From contig JBNGIO010005394.1 of assembly GCA_049999805.1 (NCBI GenBank), positions 1-37,575 of the forward strand: a stretch of 37,575 nucleotides of DNA. Reading direction: 5' to 3'. The stretch comes from Folioceros fuciformis (taxonomy: Eukaryota). This document shows positions 1 to 11,515 of this stretch, piece after piece (position 1 is the stretch's first letter; each line of letters begins with the position of its first letter). The notes below the pieces were generated by a model, which worked only from the letters and a program-made list of their open reading frames with translations, was not told the DNA's origin and searched no databases. Position numbers and translations under genes: made by a program.

Positions 1-189
1 AAAAGTTTATAATAACAAAAAAAAAGAAAAGAGATACATAGTAACTACAAAGCCTAAACCCTAAACCCTAAAAAACAAACACCGAAACGCCAAACCCAGC
101 AAAGCAAACGAAGGCAAAAAAACCCTAAAACCAAGCTTAAGGACCACAAAGATGAAACACCAACGCCGAACCCAGAACCAACCAACCCT
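1..189. repeat. Partial copy of the A-rich repeat unit also found from 5192 and 5653; contains short telomere-like AAACCCT motifs
   Basis: 1-189 (aaaagtttataataac...gagatacatagtaactacaaagcc...accaaccaaccct) aligns by eye with about 5206-5383. Similarity stops abruptly at 189/190. Confidence 0.85.
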
Positions 190-685
190 CAGCCCCTCAA
201 CCCTTCGATGGCTCCAGGATCAGCACCCACTAGTGGCTTACTTGCTAGAAAATACACGAGCTCAACTGGATGCTCGTCCACAGTTATGCCAAGACATGGG
301 TGTCATTCAGCAGGTCATTGGCACGCCATTCACCATGGATGCTGCCCAAGTGGGCAGCTATGCTAACAGACTTAGGAATTACTGGACAAATCTGGCCTCA
401 TTACCTATTTTGAACTTGGCCTTACAGGAGCAACAGCGGGATCCTACTCGACTCCTACAGGATGTGCTAGATGACAATCATACCCCTAAACCTGTCACAG
501 CCAAAGAGAGGGCCCCATGGTTTCCTACCAACACACCAGGTCAGCCAAGGAGGACCTTGCCCACAGTGGTCAGTTATCCTAGTTCCTATGCATATAGGAA
601 TAACGGCCATGGTATGCTCTTTAATGAGGATACCAAGGTGTGGGAGGAACCTATAGTGGAGGAGAGAGAACGGATAATGGGGAGC
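190..685 (+). pseudogene. DNMT3-like C5-cytosine methyltransferase fragment (motifs VI to IX) directly upstream of a Gypsy RT
   Basis: ORF 152-736 has LLEN (motif VI, ~245-253), DAAQVGSYANRLRNYWTNL (motif VIII, ~338-394; compare DNMT3A DAKEVSAAHRARYFWGNL), LPTVV in the target-recognition region and EERERIMG (motif IX, ~659-682), in the expected order. Motifs I-IV and X are not present. Confidence 0.75.
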
Positions 686-3540
686 ACATGTCTCCCAAAC
701 TTGTTTTTGCTGCGTCGAAGCTGGATTCAGGACTAGGATTGTCAGCAGCTATCAAACCTCCACCTACTGCGGAGGCCTTTGATTGGATTATGGGTCCTCA
801 GCGAGACTCAAGGTAGAAACAGCAAATTCGGGCCCTGCTTTCGCTGTACTCGGACTGTTTTGCCTTCAACAATGAAGGATTTGAAGAGGTGCAATGTTAT
901 GACGTTCAGGATCAACCTCAACACTACTGAGCCGATCTATAGGCGCAGGTACAGGTTGAGCCAATCTGAATGGGAGATTGTGGAAGCACGCTGCCAAGAG
1001 CTGTATTGGGCTGGACTGATTAGGCCTTCTAGCTCTGATTACGCAGCCGCCACCGTCCTTCCACCAAGAAGGACAGCCAGGGCTTTTGGACTGAAAAGCG
1101 AGGACTACCATCCCATCAATGCAGCAACATCACTCGATAGGTATCCTATGCCTACGCCGGAAGAGTAGTTTGACAACATTGGACAGTCCAAGTTCTTCTC
1201 TACGTTGGATCTGCGACAAGGTTTCAACCAGGTGCCAGTGGCAAAGGAGGATATACCCAAGACAGTATTTCATGGAGCTCACCAGCTGTGGGAGTGGCTG
1301 GTCATGCCTTTTGGGTTCAAGAATGCACCAGTGACCTTCCAAAGGGTCATGGACAAGGTACCTGCAAGGGCCCCTCACTTTCTGTGCTACATAGATTATG
1401 TGCTGGTCCACAGTGTGGACTTTGACACTCATCTAATCCATCTGGAGGACCTATTTCGAAGGCTGCAAAAGGCTCAGCTAACGTGCCACCCAGCCAAGTG
1501 TGAATTCACCATGGATACAGTGGCCCACCTAGGGCACAGGATCCTACCAGATGGTATAACACCACATGTTGCCAAGGCTCAGGAAATCCAGCAGATCTAG
1601 GCTCCAACCAATGTGTCTACTCTTAGGGCATTCCTAGGACTGTGCAATTACTACAGGGTCTATGTATAGACCTTTAGCAGGATTGCTAAGCCTTTGAATG
1701 ATCTATTGCGCAAGGAGATAGCTTGGGACTGGACAGACAATTGTCAAGCTACATTTGAAAGTTTGAAAAGCAAACTGATGCAGATGCCAGTTATGGCCAA
1801 GCTTGACTTTGCCAAGCCATTTGTTCTCCATACAGACTGGAGCACTTTGGGGCTGGGAGCTGTTCTAGCACAAGTGGATGCTGAAGGTTAGGAGAGGGTC
1901 ATTGCCTATGCCTCAAGAAGCATCAATAGAGCAGAAGCAAACTACTCCACCTATGAAGGGGAGTTGCTTGCAGCCGTGTGGGCAATCTATCATTTTTGGC
2001 CTTACCTGTATGGACGAAAGTTCACATTGGTAACAGATCACCAGCCCTTGAAGTGGCTGATGTCCAACACCAAGCTTAGCAGAAAGCTTGCAAGTTGGGC
2101 TATGATACTCCAGGACTATGAGTTTGAGGTGGTTCATAGGCCTGGAACTAAGCACCATAATGCAGATGTGCTGTCACGTCAGCCTAGGCAGAGTAGTGAG
2201 GACAACACTAACGCTCGCCATGACAGTGACATGGAAGAGGCACCTAATGCTGCAGCTTTGGTGACTATGCTGTGCTTGGCACAAGGTTGCACCAACAGTC
2301 GTTTCCAACCACACAAGGATGTGTGGAGTGATGAAGTCATGCTACAGTATGTGAAGACTGGACACATGGATGCCAGCCTGGATGCACACCAACAAGAGAG
2401 GGTGCAGTATAAAGTAGCTCGCTATGAGTGGAGGGATGGCTATTTGCTGAGAAGATTGGCCAACGGGACTGAACGATTGGTGCCACCACTATAGGAGCGT
2501 GCAGGACTGATTAATAGAGTACATGAAGACTTAGGTCACTTTGGTGTGAAGCGCACCTACAGCTTGCTTCTTCCCCATTTCCATTGGCATGGCATGTTCA
2601 CACAGGTGCGTGAGGAAGTAGCCAAGTGTGCTCAATGTGATAGAGTCAAGGCTTCCTTCAGCAACCCCCACTCAAAGTTACAGCCGCTGCCTATCATGGG
2701 ACTGTTTTTCAGGTGGTCCTGTGACTTGGCTAGGGAATTCCCACGCACACCGCGTGGAAATGTTTATATCATGGTCATGATTGAACATATTTCAAAGTGG
2801 GTGGAGTTGGTGGCGCTGCCAGACAAGGCATCATGCAGCACAACTCAAGCATTCTTACACAATGTGCTTAGTCGGTTTGGGAGCGGCGCCGAGTGTTTGA
2901 CTTACCAGGGGGCTGAATTCAGGGGTGAGTTCCAGGACTTGCTAGATGCTGCACTCATTGATCACCGGCGCACCAGTCGTGATCACCCTCAGGCAAATGG
3001 ATTGGCTGAGAGGATGGTGCAAACCATCAAACGTGCATTGAGGAAGCTGTGTCTCACCAAGCCTAAGACAGATTGGGACTTGGCTTTGCCATACATCGCC
3101 ATGGGCTATAGGATGAGCAGGCATGCATCACTGGCCAACTTCTCACCTTACTTTCTTCTGTTTGGGAGAGAGCCAATACCACATGTGGCCATTGCCCGAT
3201 AGATGCAGGAGGTGCTGAGCTTGGATGATCCAGCAGCATGGGCCAAGGCCATTGGAGAACGTGCAGCCTTATTCAGATAGGTGATGCCAATGGCCATGGC
3301 CAACCTCAGGATAGCCCAGCATCATGATACGCTTAGGTATGCTCACACTAGAAGTGGGAGCTTCCACCCCAAGGTCAGGAAATTTCAGCCAGGGGACTAC
3401 GTTTACCTACAGCGGCAAACGCAGGATCCTTGGAGCCTAGCACCAGCACACATGTGTTACGGGTGTGAGAGGTGCGCAAGAATGGAATACTGTTGCTGGA
3501 AGGATCAGATGAGAGGGTCACCACCGACCACATGAAGAAT
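190..3540 (+). mobile_element. Decayed Ty3/Gypsy LTR retrotransposon pol: DNMT fragment - RT - RNase H - integrase
   Basis: RT motifs PSSSDYAA, DRYPMP, DLRQGFNQ, MPFGFKNAP, YIDY (YxDD mutated). RNase H motifs LHTDWS, VTDHQPL, HHNADVLSR. Integrase HHCC (HEDLGH..CAQC), CDLA, HPQANGLAER, SPYFLLFGR. Order RT-RH-INT is Gypsy. Many in-frame stops and frameshifts; truncated near 3540. Confidence 0.95.
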
Positions 3541-3549
3541 TGGATTAGA

Positions 3550-3712
3550 ACTTGCAAGGGCTACCACTTTATTTGATTGGTTTCCAATTTGCCTCACGGT
3601 CACTTTCATGACCACCAGGCTAGCTGGAAAGCGAGTGCCCAGAAACTTTCTCTTTCACACAACCCTGCTGATTCACAGCCACCTGATCAGGTTGACGCTG
3701 TTTAGCATGACA
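3550..3712. repeat. Terminal ~160 bp of an LTR-like repeat, a direct copy of 5031-5191
   Basis: acttgcaagggctaccactttatttgattggtttcc...tttagcatgaca matches 5031-5191 (...tttagcacgaca). Both end in CA. Confidence 0.85.
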
Positions 3713-3714
3713 GT

Positions 3715-5191
3715 TGTTAGGCCATGGTGATTAATTAGGGCATCTAATTAATCAAATATGTGTAATTAGACTAATCGCATGTAAATTAGTCTAATCATAT
3801 AATTAGGTAGATCATAGATAGCTAGGTAGGGAACGTGTGATGCGTTTAGGGCTCAGAAGCATCATTGTGCGAAACGGTGGGGAGGTTACGAGCGTGGGTG
3901 GCATGGCACCGACGAAGAAGAGGAGGACTGCGGGCAACGGCCAAGAGCAAGCATGACAGATAAGCGTCAAACTTCTAGGCTTAGACACACAGTTGTTAGA
4001 AGTCCTCTCGTTGAGCCTAAGCCTGCGGTCAAGATGGCTGGCCAAGGAATTGCTTGTGAATCCACTGCTCAAAATCAAAGCGAAAGCGCTAATGAGTTGC
4101 ATCGCGGTGTGAGTATGTGTGGCTGACAATGTGAGCGTGCCACTCCGGGGCTAGGTGGAGGACTTACTAAGACTCGCAAACACAGTTGTTGAGATTGCAG
4201 GATTGGGATCTGGCTCACAAACCTCAAGATTCAGCCAAGCCAGCTCACAAGGGCCGTGGTGCTCCGTCGCGGGCATCAGCACAGCACCAGTGAACGACAA
4301 CGCTAAATGTTGAGTTGAGATTCTCAACTCAAGTGCCAGGAGAGCTCACGCACGCTGTGGTGCCCCGTCGCGGGCATCATGGCAGCACCAGTGCACGGCG
4401 GTGCTGAGCGTTGGGCTGGTAGACAACAACGAACTTGTGCGTGTGTGAGCACTAGGAGTTGGGTGGGAAAAACCCCATTGAGTGCGGTTTGAGGCCGTCC
4501 ATGAATCCGAGCTGATTGTGTGGAAGACTCGCTCACGGAGCTGCGGATGTGACTGCACGCCCTGTGATCTAAGGGGCATCCAAGCGGATCTAAACTCGTT
4601 TAGCCATGAACTGGAGCCGGCACGAGCATATTGTGTGTGGGTGTCAACGTCCGTACACACGCAAAGCTGCAGCTGCCGTTTTCAGGACTAAGGGGCTTGG
4701 GTAGACAGCACTGTGCCTGGATCGTGGCGCTGGCTTGGCCTGGGCAGGCTGTGAGCAGGGTGGTCTTGAGTCACTGACGAAGCTGTGGGGACGGTAGCAA
4801 GCACCGTCAACGCTGTTTGTGGAGGTCACCATCGGGATCAGAATCAACGTCTTCGGGACCGCCGTGGTGACGCCGACATGTGCAGTAATTCGTGTTGCGC
4901 ACGCTAGGTGTGAATGGACGGTTGAGAGTCAGCCAGTTGATGCAAACAATCGCTTTGGCTGGACATCACTTGAGAATGTTGTGAGGCTGAGACTGTGTGG
5001 TGACGCTTTTGTATATGATGCCAGATCAGGACTTGCAAGGGCTACCACTTTATTTGATTGGTTTCCAATTTGCCTCACGGTCACATTCATAACCACTTGG
5101 CTAGCTGGAAAGTGAGTGCCCAAAAACTCTCTTTCACACAACCTTGCTAATTCACAGCCAATTGATCAGGCTGGCGCTGTTTAGCACGACA
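3715..5191. mobile_element. Putative ~1.48 kb LTR (TGTT...GACA)
   Basis: Starts TGTTAG at 3715 and ends GACA at 5191. Its end is duplicated at 3550-3712. No recognisable coding content; a ~100 bp internal duplication lies at about 4255-4430. Confidence 0.5.
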
Positions 5192-5816
5192 TGGGTACAA
5201 ACTCCAAAAGTTTGTAATAACGAAAAAGAAAAGAGATACATAGTAACTACAAAGCCTAGACCCTAAAAAACAAAAACCGAAACACCAAACCCAGCAAAGC
5301 AAACGAAGGCAAAAAAACCCTAAACCAATCTTGAGGACCACAAAGATGAAACACCAACGCCGAACCCAAAACCAACCAACCCTGCCTGAAACCTGTCTGT
5401 GCACAAACTGGAAGGAGGAAGGGAAAGAAACTAAAAAACTCATAGCCCATAACTCACTCACGAATTCACAACATTAAGTAAGAAAAGAGATACATAGTAT
5501 TTCTAGAAAGTTCCTAAGGAACCACAAAGCCAAAACCCACCAAGCATGCTTGTTTCGAAAACACCATCCATCCATCCCTTGTACCGAACATGAAGGGTTG
5601 GTTTAGGCTCTTAAGAAGTGTAGCCTACACAACCAACAAACCAACAAGGGGGTGGGTACAAACTCCAAAATTTTATAATAACGAAAAAAGAAAAGAGATA
5701 CATAGTAACTACAAAGCCTAAAGCCTAAACCCTAAAAAACAAACACCGAGACGCCAAACCCAGCAAAGCAAACGAAGGCGAAAAAACCCTAAAATCCTAA
5801 AACCAAGACCCGAGGA
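5192..5816. repeat. Tandem direct repeat: 461 bp unit (5192-5652) plus partial second copy (5653-~5816)
   Basis: tgggtacaaactccaaaa...gaaaagagatacatagtaactacaaagcct starts at both 5192 and 5653. A third partial copy is at 1-189. Confidence 0.85.
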
Positions 5817-5819
5817 CGA

Positions 5820-6371
5820 ATGTTCAACTTCATTTGAGGTAACTTGAACCAGAAGGTTAAGAGTGTGGATGTGGGTATGTGAGGTGTTTGAGTTGGAAGG
5901 TGATGAGTTGAGAAAGGATTTCTTTTGAAAATTATGGAGTTTTACAGCAGTTAAGAAATTGAGGGACCCAAGGTATGATGTTCATTTATCTGAAGAATAT
6001 TTTAACTCGAGAGATAGAATCATTTTCACCAGAGAGTTTTTACTAGAGAGATTTAATTGATGTCTATCACACTTATCAACTAACACAATCTTTTTTTCCG
6101 GATTCGCTAAAGGTTTAGATGAGGAGTTCTACAATCCACTCTTGAAGATTCTTTCTCCTCTCTTCGAGTTTTCCAATCAGCAACTTTTGAAGCGAGTTTC
6201 TTCTCCCTGCGTGCTCTCACGAGCCAATAAAGTGCTTATAGGTTCTTCCTCTCTTCCCTTTGTTTGTCTAATTGTTTGTCTAAATGCGTATACAGTATCC
6301 AGTTTACTGAAATCTGTTAGAAGTTCGAGTGTCCAATCTCCTCTAAACTTTTTGAGGTAATCCCTGGACAT
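5820..6371 (-). pseudogene. Decayed ORF, possibly the N-terminal part of a Penelope-like or other non-LTR retroelement
   Basis: The frame from ATG 6371 continues past several stops and includes LNLSSKNSLVKMILSLELKYS, resembling the NLS...LxLGLKF segment upstream of Penelope-like RTs. No RT motifs are visible. Confidence 0.25.
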
Positions 6372-6447
6372 AGTTACGCAAAAGAAAACAGCCTCTCAAG
6401 GAGATTGAGCATACTTTCTTCACTCGGTCTTTCCGGTCCTGCCCTTC

Positions 6448-6647
6448 AGCTAAGAAAACTCACGTTATGTAGCTGAGAAACTCTTGTTATGTAGCAAAGA
6501 AAACTCACGTTCTGTAGCAAAGAAAACTCACGTTCTGTAGCAAAGAAAACTCACGTTATGTAGCAAAGAAAACTCACGCTATGTAGCAAAGAAAACTCAC
6601 GCTGTGTAGCAAAGAAAACTCACGCTATGTAGCAAAGAAAACTCACG
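6448..6647. repeat. 23-bp minisatellite, about 9 copies
   Basis: Unit gtagcaaagaaaactcacg(t/c)t(a/c/g)t repeated head to tail with no spacers. Confidence 0.95.
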
Positions 6648-7013
6648 GGAGGAGGTGACACATGGTACAAGTATTCTAAACAACCACTGTAGACGTACAT
6701 GATCGTAACCAGCTAACCATATGTTGAAAGATGATCAGATACATCCACAAGGACCTCCTGTAAATACAAATATGAAACAAAATCTTTCAAATTATGTCAC
6801 AGCCAGGAGCACCAATGCTTGTGAAGTACCAAGACACGTCCTACTTTATCTCGTACACCTTGGGGCATGGACCAGGCATAGGCTAGCTCCAGCACAACAC
6901 ACCCACGCCAGAAGGAAAGGACTCTTCGAATTGCTGCTGGTGTGACTAGCAGGCAGACTTTCTCATCCAGGTCTGATCATGGTGGTCGCACACACCGGCC
7001 CACGGCCCAAGTA

Positions 7014-10000
7014 TCAAACCACCGTTTCAGACGATTTCACTAGCTGCATTAGGGTCAGTAGCACCTCCACCCTGTGCATGTCCCTTGAGGCCTGCATCTC
7101 ACCACGGACCAACCAAGTCTAGAATTACCCACAGTGCTCCGGTGCCAACCCCCACCAAAGTTACTATCCTCACAAAGGTATTGACAAGGAGCATCCAGGA
7201 CCATGTCACATGCATAGCCATCTTAGACCTCACCTCTACAACGAACTGTGCCCGAATTTTGTCACAACAGACTTCCATGAAGCCCTTAACGATGGTCAGC
7301 CCAAGACCTCGGATCTGATCAGCCAATTGTAGCAAAAGTCCCCGCTTTTCACACATCATCTGTCCGCACCACAGATTAACCCCCAACATCAGCCCTCGTC
7401 AGAAAGCAACCTTCTGTCCCCCATCTCCTTCCCTCTCGCCCTATAAAGTTGGAGAAGGATACTTGCCTCCACCAGCATTTGGCGTGGCTGACTCAAGTTT
7501 TGGACGACAACCTCCCTGCCATCATCCACGGTCAACTTTTGGCTGCCGTTCTGGTCACCCTGCACTTCATCCTGACCACTGGAACAAATCACACCAACTG
7601 ACAAACACACGCTAAAGCTGTGCGGTAAGATGCTGGAAAAGGACAACCTAACCTTCCCCAAAGGCTGTTCCCTACAATTTACCTTGAACCTGCCCTCTAT
7701 ACGTGCAACAGATTGCAGGAGATGGACATGTTTGATGGTCCTTTCCAATAGCGCATCTATGCTACACTGTACACAGCCAACACAAAGGTCACTTTTTCAG
7801 TTGCAGAAGCCTTCCAGTCAAACCTCAAAGCTAGTGGTCCAACCTTCTTCGAATTTGGTACTATCTCTCGCAGTTCTTTCACACGGTCTTGTATTTGCTG
7901 TCGGTCCTTAGGCCGTGGCCTTGGTGCTTCATTGGGCCTGCACCTCTTCCTACAGGCCTTTCCAGCTGATGACTGATCAAGCTGCTTTGTCACCGGTGCA
8001 TCCATGGTTGTCTCATCGTTTAGCAGAGGCGGCCCTGGGCACCAGCTGCTCCCACTCTCGATGCGCGTCTGATCCTGTACCACCTCCTGCAGGGCCTCTC
8101 GACACGACTCATCCATTGTCTTATTCAAGTGATGTCCCTTGAATGGAGGGCATGGTAGTGATGAGTAAGTCCCTGGACTATGCGGGACAGATGCCTGCAT
8201 CATAGTATTCCCTGAAGTAGAGGGAGGATCATTAACCAGCACACGGACAAACTTCACAGGTCAACAATCGTCACACAGTGGCAGCGTGTGTGACCAATGG
8301 CACCAGCGCCGTGTCAACAGTTACTTTTAAAAACATGAATACGAACCAACCAACGGCATCTCTAAGCTTGTTACAAGTCACATAATTCTTGGGTCTCCAG
8401 AAGGAACAGTTTGTCAAACAATCCAGAGGTACGACAGCTATACAGCAGAATGATACAAAGCACACCACACATGCATTACACTCCAACGACAGAACAGGAA
8501 AGAAAGATGCAAAAACGTTAAGATATGGTAGACTCTAGCTCTCAAAAAGATATTCAAGCTGTGCACTGGGAAGGGGAGCAAACCATTTGCAACCGTTGTA
8601 CAGGCTCCTGACACCATGATATGCTGGCTATGAATATTTGAATTTTCACAGCTGGGCACCCATGATAGGCATGAAGGCTGAATTGAATGCTGAGTTTGGG
8701 TCCCAAGGACTGACAACAGTTCACCTGCACGGATGTAGTACAAACCAAGGTCAACTTTGCAGAAAGGGAGGATTGGCGCCATGTAACTTCAGAAGTTCAG
8801 AAGGTCAGTCACCTGAGCTGACATGAAGGCCATCAGACCCCACAAACTGATTTTCTGAAAGTAACCTTGGGGTGCCAGTCAAGCAGGGTTCACCAAACAC
8901 TCCCTGCATATTTTTTGGCTGTTGTGACACCTCATCTCGAAGTCCAGCCACTCTTTGGGTCTTGTAGGAACGGTCCTCCAAATTCTTTTGACATTCTACA
9001 TTTGCCATAATCTGCTGCAGTCTGCGGCTCCCTCCCTGCTGGTGCAAACGTTCCTGGCAAGTGGCATTTCAGTATATATGGACTGGCGACATTTTCACAA
9101 ACTACCGAGGTTTGAAATTCAGCTCTGCTGTGAAGGGCTCACCTCACTTTGCGTGGCACATAGCATCATGTTCAGAGGACAGGGTGGTCCCCTAAGTCCC
9201 ATAGGAGAAATCGACTTGAAATCAGGATCTGTAGCAACAGAAGCTGATCTGACTGGCATGGGTTGGGCTCTTGCAGCCACATGGGGCAGTGCAGTTGGCA
9301 CAGGGAGACCTTGAGATCTGGTACCAGTGTTAGACGGGGATGGCAAACCTTCCGCCAAATCTTTAGAAGATAGGAACAAGCTCTTGACATGAGCCACAAG
9401 ATCCAGATCCTCCATAACCTGACGGCCCACAAGAAAATAGAGAGTCAACGCTACTGTATTCGTACCAAAAAAAAAAGAACCCGTCTAAGCCAAAACATGA
9501 AATACCCAACTATTTCTGTGGAGCCCAGCTGGATTACGCCCTGTGAGACGGCGATTACAGCAATGGTCTGCACGAGGAGAAGCTAGTAAGCAAAACATCG
9601 TAAACTAATGCATCGTGAGAGCGAGGTATAGCTGTCAAAGAAAACGACCGCCAGTCTAGAAGGCATCCCGCTTACCTTGATACCGGCTGCGAACTGATTT
9701 TGCCATCCAGAATGATACTGCGAGCATCAAAGATGTACAATTTCGAAGATAAAGCATCAGGGGAAAGAATAATAAAAGAAAGGAGAAGAAGAGAAAGAGA
9801 ACAAGGACGTAAGACATGGCCACCCTACCTCCATGTTTGGACGGCCAAATGGGCGGGAGCCACCAGCTCCAATAACCCCTCCCTTGTCTCCCCCGCCGAA
9901 GACCCACTGATGCTTGGCAGTGAGAGCCACCCGCCCGATAATTCTGAATGCAACACACTAGTAGTGAGTGAGGAGCACGTTAAGTGAAAGGCAGGGTGTG

Positions 10001-10531
10001 GGGAGGCAAGTACGGTACCCTTCTCCCAATGAATAGACATGATAGGACATTTTGGCGATAGCCTGCCGCAAGGGGTCCTGCTGTTGGGCGTTGCCGATGA
10101 TGGTGGCCCCCGTGCATTTCCTCAGCTCCGTGCTTTGTTGCACTTCATTTAATGGGCAAAGATTGGCACACTGGTAGAAGCCGTCCTCCCAGGTGAGCAC
10201 CCTGCAAAACGGGCAGAATAAGTTCATACTGATCCCCCCTTTCCTTCATTTCTCCATTCCATCCTTCGTTCCTTCCTTTCTGCCTAGTCACATCACATTG
10301 CATCCGTGTCCAATACCATTCCTTCCCACGCAGGCAGGCAAGCAGGCGAGAGAGCTACATGCGGTTGCGGCGCTTGAGCTTCCACATGACAGCGTAGGAC
10401 CATCCGGACTTGAGGCACAATCCTCTCAAGCTTTGGTGCAAACTGGACGCCATATTGAGCTGCGCTGCCTGCTCCGGCTCCTGGCCCCGCTCCTGCTCGG
10501 CTTCACATGTCCTGCTTCTGCTTATCGCCAT
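7014..10531 (-). CDS. LHW: LONESOME HIGHWAY/EMB1444-family bHLH transcription factor (bHLH-MYC_N/GAF-like N-terminus, bHLH, ACT-like C-terminus), multi-exon
   Basis: Exons read in frame across splice sites: 10531 (or 10453)-10359 (LRGLCLKSGWSYAVMWKL), 10201-10019 (LTWEDGFY..MSYHVYSLGEG), 9943-9829 (IIGRVALTAKHQWVF), 9717-9676 (WQNQFAAGIK), 9567-9511 (TIAVIAV..GVIQLGST), 9418-9143, middle exons from 9053 uncertain, ~8240-7844 (RPRPKDRQQIQDRVKELREIVPN), 7766-7683 (CSIDALLERTIKH), 7571-7467, 7359-7234 (IRGLGLTIVKG), 7091-7014 (HRVEVLLTLMQL, stop). Confidence 0.92.
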
Positions 10532-11268
10532 GGCGTCACTACTACGGCTATCGTGGTCGCATGAGCGCACAACATGACGCCCTCCACCGAGCCTGGGCGA
10601 CTGTGAGAAGCATTCTTTCCTGTCCTGGAGGCACAGATTCAGACCCGGGGGAAGCCTGGCAAAAGGAAGGCAGCGCAGGGCCGGCCAGCACACGCCAGGC
10701 ACCTACCCACCAACAAGACTTGCGCTACCATGTCCCAGGACAAACAAAGGGATCTGCCGTGCCCCTTACCCTTGTCTACACTGCACTATGTTCTCCCTCA
10801 ATCTCTCTCCTCTTTCTAAGCCTCCGCAGTTGTTTATTATTCATGTGGACTGCCCTCGTTAACGGAAACCCTGGGACGGCATCAAACTGTATTACTATTG
10901 ATAAAAGCGTTTTCCATCATAGCAAATTTTCTACTAGTTTTAAAATTAAATATATAGAGATTATGAGCGATGGCGATTCTATTTAAAAAGAAGAGAACGG
11001 GAGACTTCCTCCTCTCGCTAGGAAATTTTGTTTTCATCTGTGCAGAATTTTTTTCACCCCCATAATAATATCAACGTTGTCCCTATACTGGAGAAGTGGG
11101 AAATGATAGTTCTTGTATCTAGTCCATGAATATTTGTTCAGCTTGTGAACGAAAAGCAAGCGAAGGAAAGCCAGCCTCTTACTTTTAAGTTTACGTGGCT
11201 TTTGCAACAAGCAATGCAAGTCTCTTACTTTACATACATTTTGTGTGGCTTATGTAGTGGAGCGATTT

Positions 11269-11515
11269 GAGCCTCTTACTCAAGAGTCTAAGTAACTTGT
11301 CCAATGCCCACACAACTCGTGTAGCACAGCAATGTGAGCCTCTCACTCAAGAGTCTAAGTAACGTGTCCAACACCCACACAACTCATGCAGCACAGCAAT
11401 GTGAGCCTCTTACTCAAGAGTCTAAGTAACGTGTTCAATGCCCATACCGCTCATGTAAGGGAGCTTTGTGACCCTCTTACTCAAGATTCTAAATAACTTG
11501 TCCAATGCTCACGCA
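11269..11515. repeat. 67-bp tandem repeat, about 3.7 copies
   Basis: gagcctcttactcaagagtctaagtaac... recurs at 11269, 11336, 11403 and 11470. Confidence 0.92.

Noticed and set aside
52-130. Telomere
   Set aside because: Only two or three AAACCCT units embedded in an interspersed repeat.
152-189. ATG at 152 as the real start of the methyltransferase ORF
   Set aside because: The first 13 codons come from the unrelated repeat unit also present near 5346; the fusion is incidental.
5545-5620. Hammerhead ribozyme core on the minus strand (cttaagag...cgaaac)
   Set aside because: Core is not CUGANGA and I could not form convincing stems.
6448-6647. CRISPR-like array
   Set aside because: Contiguous 23-bp units with no unique spacers, no cas genes, eukaryotic context. 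It is a minisatellite.
8438-9143. LHW gene as a pseudogene because of stops at 9119 and 8805
   Set aside because: A good donor (GAG|GTGAGC, 9142) and acceptor (9054) remove the first stop in phase. The rest is probably intronic too, though those exon borders are unresolved.
11269-11515. 67-bp period resembling CRISPR repeat plus spacer
   Set aside because: The would-be spacers are similar to each other, so this is a plain tandem repeat.
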